Source: Bacteroidales bacterium (lineage in GTDB: Bacteria > Bacteroidota > Bacteroidia > Bacteroidales > UBA7960). From it: a stretch of 64,000 bases of DNA. A model generated the notes under the pieces. The model was given only the letters and a program-made list of their open reading frames with translations. It had not been told where the DNA came from and made no database searches. The position numbers were made by a program, and so were the translations under genes. Where the stretch lies: contig SKRM01000024.1 of the NCBI GenBank assembly GCA_007118495.1, forward strand, positions 76,631 to 140,630, read 5' to 3'. Shown piece after piece: positions 25,386 to 35,868 of the stretch. The stretch's first letter is position 1, and every line of letters begins with the position of its first letter.

Positions 25386-26408
25386 ATGACCAGAAACACT
25401 TTTTTCGCAGAGCATCCCCTAACCCTTGAGTCGGGCAGACAGCTTGAAAACCTGGAAATTGTCTACCACATTTCAGAACCAGATCCAGACAAGACAAAGC
25501 CTGTTGTCTGGATCTGTCACGCACTGACAGCCAATTCTGACCCTGAAGAATGGTGGCCGGGCATGGTTGGTAAAGGCAAATATTTCGACCCTGACAAGTA
25601 TACGATCGTATGTGCAAATGTTCTGGGCAGTTGTTATGGTACCACTGGTCCAGCCTCAGTATCGCCTGAGGGTAAACCCTGGCTAGTGGATTTCCCTGCC
25701 ATAACCATAAGGGACATGGTGGCCTGTCATATGCTGCTGAGGGAACACCTCGGAATCGGGCAGATACACTTATTGACAGGTGGATCTATCGGAGGATTTC
25801 AGGCTTTGGAATGGGCCGTGATGGAGGCTGACACACACGAGCATCTGGTTTTGGTTGCGACGGCTGCATTTGCCTCACCCTGGGCCATTGCCATCAATGA
25901 AACTGAACGCATGGCTCTGGAGGCAGACCAAACACTGGATGGACAAGATCCTGAAGGAGGGAAGGCAGGCCTTGCAGCAGCCAGGGCCATCGGGCTGCTC
26001 AGTTACAGGGGCTATGAGGCATACAACAACACCCAGTCTGAAACGGATAATGAAATCCTCGACCAATTCAGGGCTTCATCGTATCAGCGTTACCAGGGAG
26101 AGAAACTTGTCAGGCGTTTCAATGCCTATTGCTATCATTGCCTGACAAAGGCCCAGGACACGCATAACATGGCCAGAGGCAGGCATTCTTTGGCCCGGGC
26201 ACTGGGTATGATCAAGGCCCGGACACTTGTACTGGGAATCGTCACTGACCTGCTTTTCCCCCTGGTTGAGCAACAGAAGATGCACCGTTTAATTCCCGCA
26301 AGCCATTTCAGGGAAATTGAATCGGAGTATGGGCATGATGGTTTTTTGCTGGAAAATGAACAGATCAGTAAGGCCATCAAGGATTTTATTCACAAACAGA
26401 AAACATAG
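25386..26408 (+). CDS. metX: Homoserine O-acetyltransferase
   Basis: 340 aa alpha/beta hydrolase with nucleophile elbow GGSIGG, HALT motif (ICHALTANS) and C-terminal YGHDGFL. Confidence 0.9.
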   Translation: MTRNTFFAEHPLTLESGRQLENLEIVYHISEPDPDKTKPVVWICHALTANSDPEEWWPGMVGKGKYFDPDKYTIVCANVLGSCYGTTGPASVSPEGKPWLVDFPAITIRDMVACHMLLREHLGIGQIHLLTGGSIGGFQALEWAVMEADTHEHLVLVATAAFASPWAIAINETERMALEADQTLDGQDPEGGKAGLAAARAIGLLSYRGYEAYNNTQSETDNEILDQFRASSYQRYQGEKLVRRFNAYCYHCLTKAQDTHNMARGRHSLARALGMIKARTLVLGIVTDLLFPLVEQQKMHRLIPASHFREIESEYGHDGFLLENEQISKAIKDFIHKQKT

Positions 26409-26411
26409 AAA

Positions 26412-27626
26412 ATGACAGCATATGACCGAAAACAATACATCGGATTATTCGGATTTGGGGTGGTGGGTGAAAGCCTGTACCATGTTATTTCCAATAGTCC
26501 GTCATCCAATGCAGATATTATAAAAATCTGCATTAAGAACCCGCACAAACCCAGAAGCCTCCCACCCAACATGTTCTGCCATGAGGCCAGTCAGGTTATT
26601 TCAGACCCTGCCATCAACCTGGTGGTTGAGCTCATTGACAATGCTGAAGAAGCTTTCCATATTGTCTGTTCCGCGCTGAGGGCAGGCAAAAGCGTGGTTT
26701 CAGGAAACAAGAAAATGCTTGCCACACATATGGATGAACTTGTCAAACTGCAGGAGGAAACAGGAGCCGCTCTTTTATACGATGCCTCCGCTTGTGGAAG
26801 TATTCCGGTAATCAGAAACCTGGAAGAATATTACGATACAGATTTACTGTTATCCATCACGGGTATACTCAATGGTTCATCAAATTATATCCTCAGCCAG
26901 GCCTTCCATGAGCAGCACAGTTATGAAGAAGCACTGGCCAAAGCACAGGAGCTGGGATTTGCAGAATCCAATCCTGCCCTGGATGTGGACGGTCTGGATG
27001 CTGTGTACAAGCTGACTTTATTGACACTTCACGGGTTTGGATTGCTGGTGGATCCCGACAGCATATTCCGTTCTGGTATCAGGGGCATCAAACCAGCTGA
27101 TATCCGTTTTGCAAGGGAAAGAGGGTATAGGATCAAACCCATTGCCCAGGCAAGAAAATTCAACGGAAATAAACTGGCGCTGTTTGTGATGCCCAAACTT
27201 GTCACCCCTGACGAATACATCTATAATGTGGAAAATGAATACAATGGGGTGGTCATTGAAGGCACCTACTATGATAAGCAGTTCATGTTCGGAAAGGGAG
27301 CCGGGGGGTTCCCGACAGGCAGCTCTGTACTGTCGGACATCATGGCCAGAACCCATCAGTACCGCTATGAATATAAAAAACGACGCTACCTGACTCCACC
27401 TGCTCCGGACAATGACATCCAGATGGAAGTATACTTTAGTTACAGGAATCCCAATGACCTGCAGCTCATGGATTTTATCGAGATCACTGAGCAGTATGGC
27501 AGCAGGGATCACTACTTTGTCATAGGCAGGGTCAGCCTTCAGAAACTCTTTGACATCAGTGACTCGCTCAGCTCTTCAGGTATATTTCTGGCCTGCATCC
27601 GCCTGGTGGACGATCAGCGCACCTAA
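26412..27626 (+). CDS. hom: Homoserine dehydrogenase
   Basis: N-terminal Rossmann (IGLFGFGVVG), catalytic-domain motifs (GILNGSSNYIL, GFAESNPALDVDG), and operon position after metX. Confidence 0.8.
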   Translation: MTAYDRKQYIGLFGFGVVGESLYHVISNSPSSNADIIKICIKNPHKPRSLPPNMFCHEASQVISDPAINLVVELIDNAEEAFHIVCSALRAGKSVVSGNKKMLATHMDELVKLQEETGAALLYDASACGSIPVIRNLEEYYDTDLLLSITGILNGSSNYILSQAFHEQHSYEEALAKAQELGFAESNPALDVDGLDAVYKLTLLTLHGFGLLVDPDSIFRSGIRGIKPADIRFARERGYRIKPIAQARKFNGNKLALFVMPKLVTPDEYIYNVENEYNGVVIEGTYYDKQFMFGKGAGGFPTGSSVLSDIMARTHQYRYEYKKRRYLTPPAPDNDIQMEVYFSYRNPNDLQLMDFIEITEQYGSRDHYFVIGRVSLQKLFDISDSLSSSGIFLACIRLVDDQRT

Positions 27627-27634
27627 AAACCGTT

Positions 27635-28354
27635 TTATTGTTGCATGGTCCTGAATTGCCAAAAGCCCCAAATGGTGACCAAAGCCATGAGGGCAATGGC
27701 AATCCAGGCTATGGTTGCTATGGCAGGATAATCTGTCTGGCGGTTGATTACGATTCCGGTAAAGGCCCATATTACAGCCAGACCAAGAAAAGGGTTTTTT
27801 ACAGCATACAGGGCAAAGGCTGTTATGACCAGACCCGCCAAAACCATGATGATGGCCCAGCTGATTTCGCTTACACCCCAGCCTCCCCAGTTATAGCTCA
27901 CCAATAAGGCGGTGGCATTGGCAATGGTGGCGATACAAATCCAGCCCAGGTAAATACCAAAAGCAGCTTTTACAATGCCTGGCTGAAAATCACTCAATCG
28001 ATAATTGATATAGATCAGGATGGCCAGCAAACCCAGCATTACAAGCATGGAAAGAGGTAGTTTTTCATAGTGCCAGGCGTAGATCCACAGTGCATTGAGC
28101 AGGCAACTGATGGCAAAGCCCCAACCAATAGCCTCTACCACCGGGCGCTGTTGCTCCCTGAACTGCAAAATGACAAAAAGTCCAAGCATCAGGTAGATGA
28201 TTCCCCAGATAGAAAAAGTAATTCCTGCCGGAACAAAAAGATTAGGATATTGGGCAGAAAGAGCCCCGGTTGTCTTGCCGTTCAGAGGGAGGGCATTGGC
28301 CAGGTAATTCATAAAAACCATCGCACCGAACAGAAGCAGATTGATATATTTCAT
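27635..28354 (-). CDS. Trp-rich polytopic membrane protein, TspO/MBR-related (tentative)
   Basis: 239 aa with about 7 TM helices. The N-terminal segment NALPLNGKTTGALSAQYPNLFVPAGITFSIWGIIY resembles proteins usually annotated as tryptophan-rich sensory protein. This is from memory only. Confidence 0.45.
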   Translation of the reverse strand: MKYINLLLFGAMVFMNYLANALPLNGKTTGALSAQYPNLFVPAGITFSIWGIIYLMLGLFVILQFREQQRPVVEAIGWGFAISCLLNALWIYAWHYEKLPLSMLVMLGLLAILIYINYRLSDFQPGIVKAAFGIYLGWICIATIANATALLVSYNWGGWGVSEISWAIIMVLAGLVITAFALYAVKNPFLGLAVIWAFTGIVINRQTDYPAIATIAWIAIALMALVTIWGFWQFRTMQQ

Positions 28355-28541
28355 AAAAACCCCCTTTTATTAGGTTGGTAAACGTATCGTATCCGGGAAA
28401 GTTACGCAATTTTTCACACTTGATGTTTAAGGATCAGCTGTATTCATCGGAGGTTTTTGAAAAAATGACCGACTCGTATTAAACACATGTATAATTTTAC
28501 ATAATTTTAATACATTTACACCGGACAAAAACAATTCAATT

Positions 28542-28997
28542 ATGCAAAAGAAAAAACTGACCTTAATGATCCTTTGCCTGCTTTTTACTTCATCCTTGTA
28601 CGGACAGGCTGAACGGGTAGCCGGGTTCTGGCTCACAGCAGACAGAGATTCCCAGGTAGAGATTTTCAGAAAAGCTGACAATCAATATTACGGCCGGATC
28701 GTCTGGCTGGAAGAACCCCTCAATGAGCAGGGACGACCCAAGGTAGATGACAAAAACCCGGACAGGTCAAAGCATACAACACCCATTATGGGTCTGGAGA
28801 TATTGAAGGGCTTTTCATACAATGCTTCAAAAAACGAATGGTCAGGCGGCACCATATACGACCCGAAAAATGGACGAACCTATAGTGCATACATGCGCCT
28901 GGATGGCAACAATAAGCTGGTCATCAAGGGTTATGTCATGGGCATGCGTTTCCTGGGGAGGGAAACCGATTGGACCCGTGAACGGAACAAGCGCTAG
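28542..28997 (+). CDS. DUF2147 domain-containing secreted protein
   Basis: Signal peptide, then G(F)W...GRIVWL...GGTIYDPKNGRTYSAYMRL...LVIKGYV, which is characteristic of DUF2147. Confidence 0.8.
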   Translation: MQKKKLTLMILCLLFTSSLYGQAERVAGFWLTADRDSQVEIFRKADNQYYGRIVWLEEPLNEQGRPKVDDKNPDRSKHTTPIMGLEILKGFSYNASKNEWSGGTIYDPKNGRTYSAYMRLDGNNKLVIKGYVMGMRFLGRETDWTRERNKR

Positions 28998-29016
28998 AAG
29001 TATCATTCAACCAGCA

Positions 29017-30111
29017 TCATTGCTTTGGCCGAAGCGGTGAAAAATGAATTCCATCAGGTTCTTGTCCGGCAGCAAAGTGTCCGGTGATCTCCATGGTTCT
29101 TAAATCAATCACACTCACAGCATCTGAACGTGTATTGGCTACATAGGCCGTATAGTTATCAGGGACCACAAGTCCAATGGGTACGGATGTATCTTCAAAA
29201 TCAGCAAAATACCTGTCTGCATCCATGCCTTCCGGAACGGGCGGGGTAAGTTTGATGGCGGCGATCTGAACCCTCTCTCCGGTATCAAATACCGCAATAT
29301 CTCCTGAGCGTGCATTACTAACCAGAAAATATTTTCCGTCTGGTGAAAACCTGGCCCGAATGGGAAAGTCTGCACATGGCAAAATGGCCAATACCTCCAA
29401 TGATTGGGTGTCAATGACAGTGATGGTATTTGATGCCCGGTTGGTAATCCAGACCTCATGTCCGTCGGGATGTACATCAACACCCTCTGCTCCTTCACCA
29501 CTGTACACCTGGGCCAGCAACTCCCCGCTTTCCAAATCAAAAACACTTACATTGCCTGTTCGGATACTGGGTACAAATGCCCGTGTCATACAGGGTGTTG
29601 CAGCTACCATATGGGAAACAGGCTGATCAGTATACATGGCTTTAACCACTTCGCCTTGTTCCACATCAACCACAAGCAGGTGATGGCTGCCCTCAGCAGT
29701 TACGAGTAAAGTGGTAGTTCCGGTTATCCATTTCATCGCGTGGGGCCTTGTATGCTCACCCAAATCAATGGTCTTTAATAATTTGCCCTCTGCCACCCCA
29801 TAAACCGACAAGGTGTTTCCCGGCTGTGCCCGGTCACCGTAATTGGTGACAACAGCGATTTTCCCATCATCAGAAACCTCCACCTCGTGTGGTTCACGCC
29901 CGGTAGGTAAAACCAGCAAGGTCTCGCCACTGGCTCTCTCAATAAAGTAAACATCGTCGCCGCTTTTACTGGCTACGATGATAACACCTTCTTTTTGCGC
30001 TTTCTCATTCTGGCTGCAGGCTGTAAAAAAAGATAATGGGAGTATGACTGCAACCATCAGGAAGAAAAATGAGGTATTCAGCTTGCACAATGATCTTTGT
30101 TGTATATGCAT
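29017..30111 (-). CDS. YVTN/YncE-like beta-propeller repeat lipoprotein
   Basis: Lipobox (FFTACS) and repeated ~40-aa blades (DG..V.VTN...N.VSV.D). The start was set to ATG 30111. Confidence 0.7.
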   Translation of the reverse strand: MHIQQRSLCKLNTSFFFLMVAVILPLSFFTACSQNEKAQKEGVIIVASKSGDDVYFIERASGETLLVLPTGREPHEVEVSDDGKIAVVTNYGDRAQPGNTLSVYGVAEGKLLKTIDLGEHTRPHAMKWITGTTTLLVTAEGSHHLLVVDVEQGEVVKAMYTDQPVSHMVAATPCMTRAFVPSIRTGNVSVFDLESGELLAQVYSGEGAEGVDVHPDGHEVWITNRASNTITVIDTQSLEVLAILPCADFPIRARFSPDGKYFLVSNARSGDIAVFDTGERVQIAAIKLTPPVPEGMDADRYFADFEDTSVPIGLVVPDNYTAYVANTRSDAVSVIDLRTMEITGHFAAGQEPDGIHFSPLRPKQ

Positions 30112-30208
30112 CTTTTTATGTTTTGGAACAAAATAACTGGGTGGAGATTTCAATTATCCATAAATTTATAAAATATTTTGATTTTAATACCACCAATCTT
30201 CAACCTTG

Positions 30209-32260
30209 ATGCTTAACAAAGCACAACAGCGTCTTGAATTGCTCATATCTGTTACTGAAGCAGTCAGTTCTGCTGAGAGTTACACCCAGGCATTGCAGTT
30301 CACCCTCAATCAAGTTTGCAGGATGACAGGCTGGACCATAGGAGAAGCATGGGAGCCAGACAATGAGGGGAAGATGCTTGTTTACAGCAAAGCCTGGTAT
30401 ACCTCCGACCCGGCCATGAAACCTTTCAGAAAAATTGGCCGGCAGTATAGTTTTAAAATGGGTGAAGGCCTTCCGGGTAAGGCCTGGGAAAAAATGGGTA
30501 GTATATGGATACCCGACGTACAGAAAGATCCCGACTTCCACAGGTCTAAAGTGGCAGCAAATTATAAGCTTAAAGCCGGAGTGGCCATTCCGGTGGTCTC
30601 AGAAAAGAATGTGGTGAATGTATTGGTTTTCTTTTTGCTGAAACGTTCAGCTGAAGACAAAGAATTTGTCAAGATCGTTTCGGGAATTGCCGGGCAATTG
30701 GGACAACTATTCATCCGCAAGCAAACAGAGGAAAAGATATTCCGGTTATCAAAAGAGTACGAAACAGTATTTCATGGGGCCCAGAGCTCCATATTCCTGA
30801 TCGAAGTAACTAAAAATCATCAATTCCGGTATGTAAGCGTCAACAAGGCATATCAGAAATCTGCCGGCTACACCCTTGAGGAGATCAAGGGTAAAACACC
30901 ATATGATCTGTTCGGACAACAACAGGGGGACATGATCACCGGATATTACAAAGAATGCATCAGGTCAGGGAAGCCCTATAAGTATGAAACTACCCTGACG
31001 CACAAGGGTAAGGTCAGAATCATTGAAGCCGAGCTGACACCAATTTTTGAGGGATTTGGCATCAGATACCTGGTTGGGTCATCCACAGATGTAACCGAGA
31101 AAAAAAGCATCCTCGACCAGCTTCTAAAGGCAAAAGAGGATGCCATTGCCAGTGATCGCCTTAAAACAGCTTTTCTCAACAATATATCCCATGAAATCCG
31201 CACCCCTTTAAACGGTATATTGGGATTCGGGCAGTTACTCACCCAGGAGCAGGGTAACAGAAGCCAACGTCAACAATACATCAGGGGCATGCATTTAAGC
31301 AGTCAGCGACTCATTGACACCATCGACAAAATAGTTGACATGTCAATGATTCTCTCTGATACACTGCTGCCACATAAAGAAAGTTTAAGCCCGGCGGGTA
31401 TTTTACAAGATCTGTATGAGCATTTTTACAGTAAGTACAAAAACAAGGATTTGCAGCTGACCCTCCATGTCAGTGACATTCTCAGACAGTATAAATTATA
31501 CACTGATGGGCAGTTACTTCGTAAGGCCCTGGGGCATATGCTGGATAATGCCCTGAAGTTTACCAGAGAAGGAGGAGTCAGCATACAGGCATATAACGAG
31601 ACAGACCGCAGCCTGAGCATAGTCATCGAAGACAGTGGTGATGGTATTGACCAGGATTTCATCAATAAGATATATGAACCTTTCAGCCAGGAAGATGTGC
31701 AGATTACCCGGGGGCATGAGGGCAGTGGCCTGGGTTTATCCATTACCAGGGGCATCATTGACAGACTAGGTGGACAGCTGCTGGTTGACTCAGAAAAAGG
31801 AAAGGGAAGCCGTTTTACCATTCGCCTGCACGATCTGCTGAAAGAATCAGAGACGACACAGGCTGCAAACGGTGTGGTGTCGTCCGGAGTCGCCAACAGC
31901 AGCCTGTCTGTTCTGGTAGCTGATGACGACGAAATGGGACGATTCCTGCTGGAAACATTGCTTGAAGATCATTTCAAGACCATTTACTTTGTCACAAACG
32001 GAAAAGAGGCCGTAGAAGCATTCAACCAACATCCGGATATCAAACTGATACTTATGGATGTGAAAATGCCCGTTATGGATGGGTTGGAGGCCACCCGGCA
32101 GATCAGGAAAACAGGGAGAGATGTTGCAGTGATTGCTGTAACAGCCCATGCCATGGCCGGGGATGAAGCCAGGGTCAGAGCCGCGGGTTGCAATGATTAT
32201 ATTCCCAAGCCGCTCAGCAGTCAAACGCTGTTTCAGAAAATCGAAAAACTGATCAGATAA
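30209..32260 (+). CDS. Hybrid sensor histidine kinase (GAF-PAS-HisKA-HATPase_c-REC), cytoplasmic
   Basis: GAF-like N-terminus, PAS, H-box (ISHEIRTPLNG), N/G boxes and a C-terminal receiver (LILMDVKMP). The ATG at 30209 follows the TTG used by the ORF track. Confidence 0.85.
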   Translation: MLNKAQQRLELLISVTEAVSSAESYTQALQFTLNQVCRMTGWTIGEAWEPDNEGKMLVYSKAWYTSDPAMKPFRKIGRQYSFKMGEGLPGKAWEKMGSIWIPDVQKDPDFHRSKVAANYKLKAGVAIPVVSEKNVVNVLVFFLLKRSAEDKEFVKIVSGIAGQLGQLFIRKQTEEKIFRLSKEYETVFHGAQSSIFLIEVTKNHQFRYVSVNKAYQKSAGYTLEEIKGKTPYDLFGQQQGDMITGYYKECIRSGKPYKYETTLTHKGKVRIIEAELTPIFEGFGIRYLVGSSTDVTEKKSILDQLLKAKEDAIASDRLKTAFLNNISHEIRTPLNGILGFGQLLTQEQGNRSQRQQYIRGMHLSSQRLIDTIDKIVDMSMILSDTLLPHKESLSPAGILQDLYEHFYSKYKNKDLQLTLHVSDILRQYKLYTDGQLLRKALGHMLDNALKFTREGGVSIQAYNETDRSLSIVIEDSGDGIDQDFINKIYEPFSQEDVQITRGHEGSGLGLSITRGIIDRLGGQLLVDSEKGKGSRFTIRLHDLLKESETTQAANGVVSSGVANSSLSVLVADDDEMGRFLLETLLEDHFKTIYFVTNGKEAVEAFNQHPDIKLILMDVKMPVMDGLEATRQIRKTGRDVAVIAVTAHAMAGDEARVRAAGCNDYIPKPLSSQTLFQKIEKLIR

Positions 32261-32822
32261 TTCCCCTTGACACCAGCAAGGCGATCACAACAGGCAGGGT
32301 AAGATCACCCAAAACAAGAGGTACAAGAACACGCACAAAGGGATAACCGGTAAACGCAAGGGCACCGGTCAGGAGATTATTGGGAAAAGGAGAAAAAGCA
32401 ACATACAGAAATATAAAAGCCTGAACCACAACCATAGACTGCCTTTTGAGGCGGGCAAGTAATTTTTCCAGTCTTGCCCGGGTTTTTCCACCTGTCATTT
32501 CTCTGGCAGTAAAACCCATATAATAAAACAGTATATCGCCAACAGCAAGGCCCAAACCAGCAAAAAGGCCCACAAGCAATGGTTGGCTGTGACCAAGTGC
32601 CAAAGCAACCACCAGCGGATAGGTAGTAATCTTGGTCATATTTGTATATGCGCCCACAATCGAGAATAAAAAAGCGATGAGATAGCTGTTGCGGATTCCA
32701 AGCACCTGCACCATTTCCCGAATATCATACATAAAAAGTACTACAGCAAGACCTGCCACCATGGCCAACATAATCACAAGGGTGGCAATCTTGAGTAAAC
32801 CGGGTTTTTTTTTCATCAACAA
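32253..32822 (-). CDS. Hypothetical integral membrane protein (about 5 TM)
   Basis: 189-aa hydrophobic ORF with no motif I can name. It overlaps the convergent kinase gene by 8 nt. Confidence 0.5.
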   Translation of the reverse strand: MLMKKKPGLLKIATLVIMLAMVAGLAVVLFMYDIREMVQVLGIRNSYLIAFLFSIVGAYTNMTKITTYPLVVALALGHSQPLLVGLFAGLGLAVGDILFYYMGFTAREMTGGKTRARLEKLLARLKRQSMVVVQAFIFLYVAFSPFPNNLLTGALAFTGYPFVRVLVPLVLGDLTLPVVIALLVSRGII

Positions 32823-32978
32823 AACAATTCCCTTAATAACACAAAAATATATCCTTTAAATTAATTTTGGCCCGGATCAAAGCACCCGGTCTGAACCTGA
32901 GTCAGAAATGGGGAGCACAAAATACACAAAATAGTTATATTTACCCCTTTCAATTACTAATCATTCAATCCAAACAAC

Positions 32979-34217
32979 ATGAGGTTCTTACACTCTTTAA
33001 AACTTGTACTATTATTTTTTGCCGTAACTGGCCTGTTTGGTTGCAGTTCGGCTGAAGAAAGTCTGGAGCAAAAAGCAGCTGCTATCCATGCTGAAATACT
33101 CACCCTTGACAGCCACCTCGACACCCCGCTGATGATCGGTCGCGGAGAATTTGACATTGCTAAACGCAATGACCCCCATCAGGGTGGAGGCAAACTGGAT
33201 TTTCCCAGGATGAAGGAAGGTGGCCTGGATGCCGCAATTTTTGCCGTTTACCTTGGGCAGGGACCACTGACAGAAGAGGGATATGAAAGGGCACACCAAA
33301 GGGCGATTGGGATATTTGAAACCATCCACAACACCCTGAAAGAAAACCAGGATGTGGCCGGACTCGCACTGACCCCCGATGATGCCTACCAACTAAGGGA
33401 TCAGGGTAAGCGTGCCATCTATATTGGCAATGAAAACGGGTACCCCATTGGATATGACCTTGGCTTGCTGCAAACCTATTATGATCTTGGCAGTCGCTAC
33501 CTTGGTCTCTCACACTCAAGACATAATCAGATCTGTGATTCTTCAACAGACCCAGAACTCCCGTTGCATAACGGTTTGTCAGCGTTTGGTGTTGAGGTAG
33601 TCAGAGAGCTTAACCGCCTCGGCATGATGGTCGATGTTACACATATTTCTGATCAGGCCTTTTATGACGTACTGAATGTTACCCAGGCACCGGTCATTGC
33701 CTCACATTCTAATGCACGTGCCATATGCGACCACCCCAGAAACCTTGATGATGACATGATCATTGCACTGGCTGAGAACGGCGGCGTACTTCAGCTCTGT
33801 GTACTTAGTGCTTATGTAAAACAAATGCCTCCAGACCCGGAAAGAGATGCTGCCCTGAATGCGGTAAGGGAAAAATGGAATCACTTCAACGACCTGACTG
33901 ATGAGGAAATGGAAGTGGCAAGGGCCGAATGGACTGAGGTGAATCGCAAATACCCCCGTCCTTTGGCAACAGTTGCTGACCTGGTTGATCATGTTGACCA
34001 CGTTGTTAAACTGGTTGGTGTCGATTATGTAGGAATAGGCACTGACTTTGATGGTGGAGGCGCCCTGAAGGATTGTTTTGATGTATCTGAACTTGGCAAT
34101 ATAACGCTTGAGTTGGTCAGGCGAGGCTACAGCAAAGAAGATATCGAGAAAATCTGGTCAGGAAATTTCATGCGTGTGTTCCGTCAGGCCGAAGAGTTGG
34201 CAAAACAACTCCAGTGA
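32979..34217 (+). CDS. Membrane dipeptidase (peptidase M19) lipoprotein
   Basis: Lipobox (LFGCSS) and M19 motifs DSHLDTP, DVTHISD, IASHSNARA and GIGTDFDGG. Confidence 0.85.
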   Translation: MRFLHSLKLVLLFFAVTGLFGCSSAEESLEQKAAAIHAEILTLDSHLDTPLMIGRGEFDIAKRNDPHQGGGKLDFPRMKEGGLDAAIFAVYLGQGPLTEEGYERAHQRAIGIFETIHNTLKENQDVAGLALTPDDAYQLRDQGKRAIYIGNENGYPIGYDLGLLQTYYDLGSRYLGLSHSRHNQICDSSTDPELPLHNGLSAFGVEVVRELNRLGMMVDVTHISDQAFYDVLNVTQAPVIASHSNARAICDHPRNLDDDMIIALAENGGVLQLCVLSAYVKQMPPDPERDAALNAVREKWNHFNDLTDEEMEVARAEWTEVNRKYPRPLATVADLVDHVDHVVKLVGVDYVGIGTDFDGGGALKDCFDVSELGNITLELVRRGYSKEDIEKIWSGNFMRVFRQAEELAKQLQ

Positions 34218-34281
34218 TAAATTTTCACAAGTCAAAACTTTGCACATCCGGCAAACGGGTGCGCTAACAACATAACAAACA

Positions 34282-35841
34282 ATGAAGAAATTCACTTTGT
34301 TCCTGACCAGTTTATGTCTGGTCTTGACATTACAGGCCACCAATCCCCCATCACATGATGAGGTTGTCAGGCGTATCATTGAGATCGGACTCAATGACAA
34401 CCAGACCATGAACCACCTTGATGTATTATCAAACCGTATAGGAGGAAGGCTGGTAGGATCAGACGCTTATGCCAATGCAACCCAATGGTGTGCAGATCAA
34501 TTTCGAAAATGGGGGATGGAGGTAATCCTTGATGAAGTTGGTAGTGTCCCCGTGGGGTTTAACCGCGGCCCATGGTTTGGAAGGATGTTAAGCGAAGATG
34601 GAATGACACTCCACTTCGCCACCCCATCGTATACCTCGGGTACCAAAGGTGCACAAAGGGGGCATGTGGTTATGGAGCCTCGTACAAGGACTGAATTTGA
34701 ACGCATGAAAGGCAAACTCGCAGGCGCCTGGGTTTTAATCACAGGTGAAAGTTCGGGATGGCCCATTGACTATTCTGCTGAGGGAGATTCAATCAGAGCT
34801 GTTGCCATTGCTGCAAATGAAGAAACAGCGAGAAAAAACAGGGAGATCATGATGGCCAACCGGCAGAACCCTGAAGGTGAGCAGCAGCCGCTGCTGCCCA
34901 TGAACGAAGAACCTGCCCTGTTTTACAAAGAAATGGTTGAAGCCGGGATACTTGGAATTATTCAGTCAGCCAGGGTACCCATCAGGGTGCTTTACGACCG
35001 GAAGAACATCGACAAGATGACTTTTGAAACCTTGCCAACAATTCCTGACATCAAGCTGAATGAACATCAATATGCCATCATTGAGCAAAAAGTAAGGGAA
35101 AGGCAATATTTTCTGCTTGAATTTGACATCAGGAACCATTTTAAACCAGGGCCTGTACCTTACCATAATGTGATCGGTATTATCAGGGGCACCACTTACC
35201 CCGACGAATATGTGATGATGGGTGGGCACCTGGATGCATTTGATGTAGCCACCGGTGGCGTAGACAATGGTTCAGGGGTATCTCCTGCCATGGAAGCTGC
35301 CAGGCTTATCATGGAGGCAGGCGGACGCCCCAGGCGCACCATTCTCATAACCCTGTGGGCTGCTGAAGAATTTGGTTTGCTCGGATCTAAGCACTGGGTT
35401 GAAAGCAATATGGATAAACTACCTTATATTTCAAACTATTTTAACCGTGACAGTGGTCCGCTGGTGGCCAGCAGCCTCACGGTACCAGAAGCCATGTACG
35501 AAGATTTCAGAAAGATATGCGAACCCCTCAATGATATTGACCCTGAATTCCCTTTCACACTAAACAAAAGAGAAGGTCCACCCAGACCCAGACCCACCAG
35601 GGCCGGTGGATCAGACCATGCCTATTTTGCCATGAATGGGGTACCTACCATAGCATTCGGACTATCCGACCCAAGGGGATATGATTTTAATTATGGAGAA
35701 ATCTGGCATACTGAAAGAGATCTTTACAACATGAGTATTCCGGTTTACCAGAATCACACATCGATTGTACAGGCTATCGTTCTCTATGGTCTGGCAAATC
35801 TTGGGCATAATCTCTCCAGAGAAGGGCTCTACAGCGATTAG
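34282..35841 (+). CDS. M28 family aminopeptidase, secreted
   Basis: Signal peptide and M28 metal-binding motifs MGGHLDAFD, VDNGSGVS, WAAEEFGLLGS and HTERD. Confidence 0.8.
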   Translation: MKKFTLFLTSLCLVLTLQATNPPSHDEVVRRIIEIGLNDNQTMNHLDVLSNRIGGRLVGSDAYANATQWCADQFRKWGMEVILDEVGSVPVGFNRGPWFGRMLSEDGMTLHFATPSYTSGTKGAQRGHVVMEPRTRTEFERMKGKLAGAWVLITGESSGWPIDYSAEGDSIRAVAIAANEETARKNREIMMANRQNPEGEQQPLLPMNEEPALFYKEMVEAGILGIIQSARVPIRVLYDRKNIDKMTFETLPTIPDIKLNEHQYAIIEQKVRERQYFLLEFDIRNHFKPGPVPYHNVIGIIRGTTYPDEYVMMGGHLDAFDVATGGVDNGSGVSPAMEAARLIMEAGGRPRRTILITLWAAEEFGLLGSKHWVESNMDKLPYISNYFNRDSGPLVASSLTVPEAMYEDFRKICEPLNDIDPEFPFTLNKREGPPRPRPTRAGGSDHAYFAMNGVPTIAFGLSDPRGYDFNYGEIWHTERDLYNMSIPVYQNHTSIVQAIVLYGLANLGHNLSREGLYSD

Positions 35842-35868
35842 GCATCCAGGCCGGCAGAAAAACCCCGG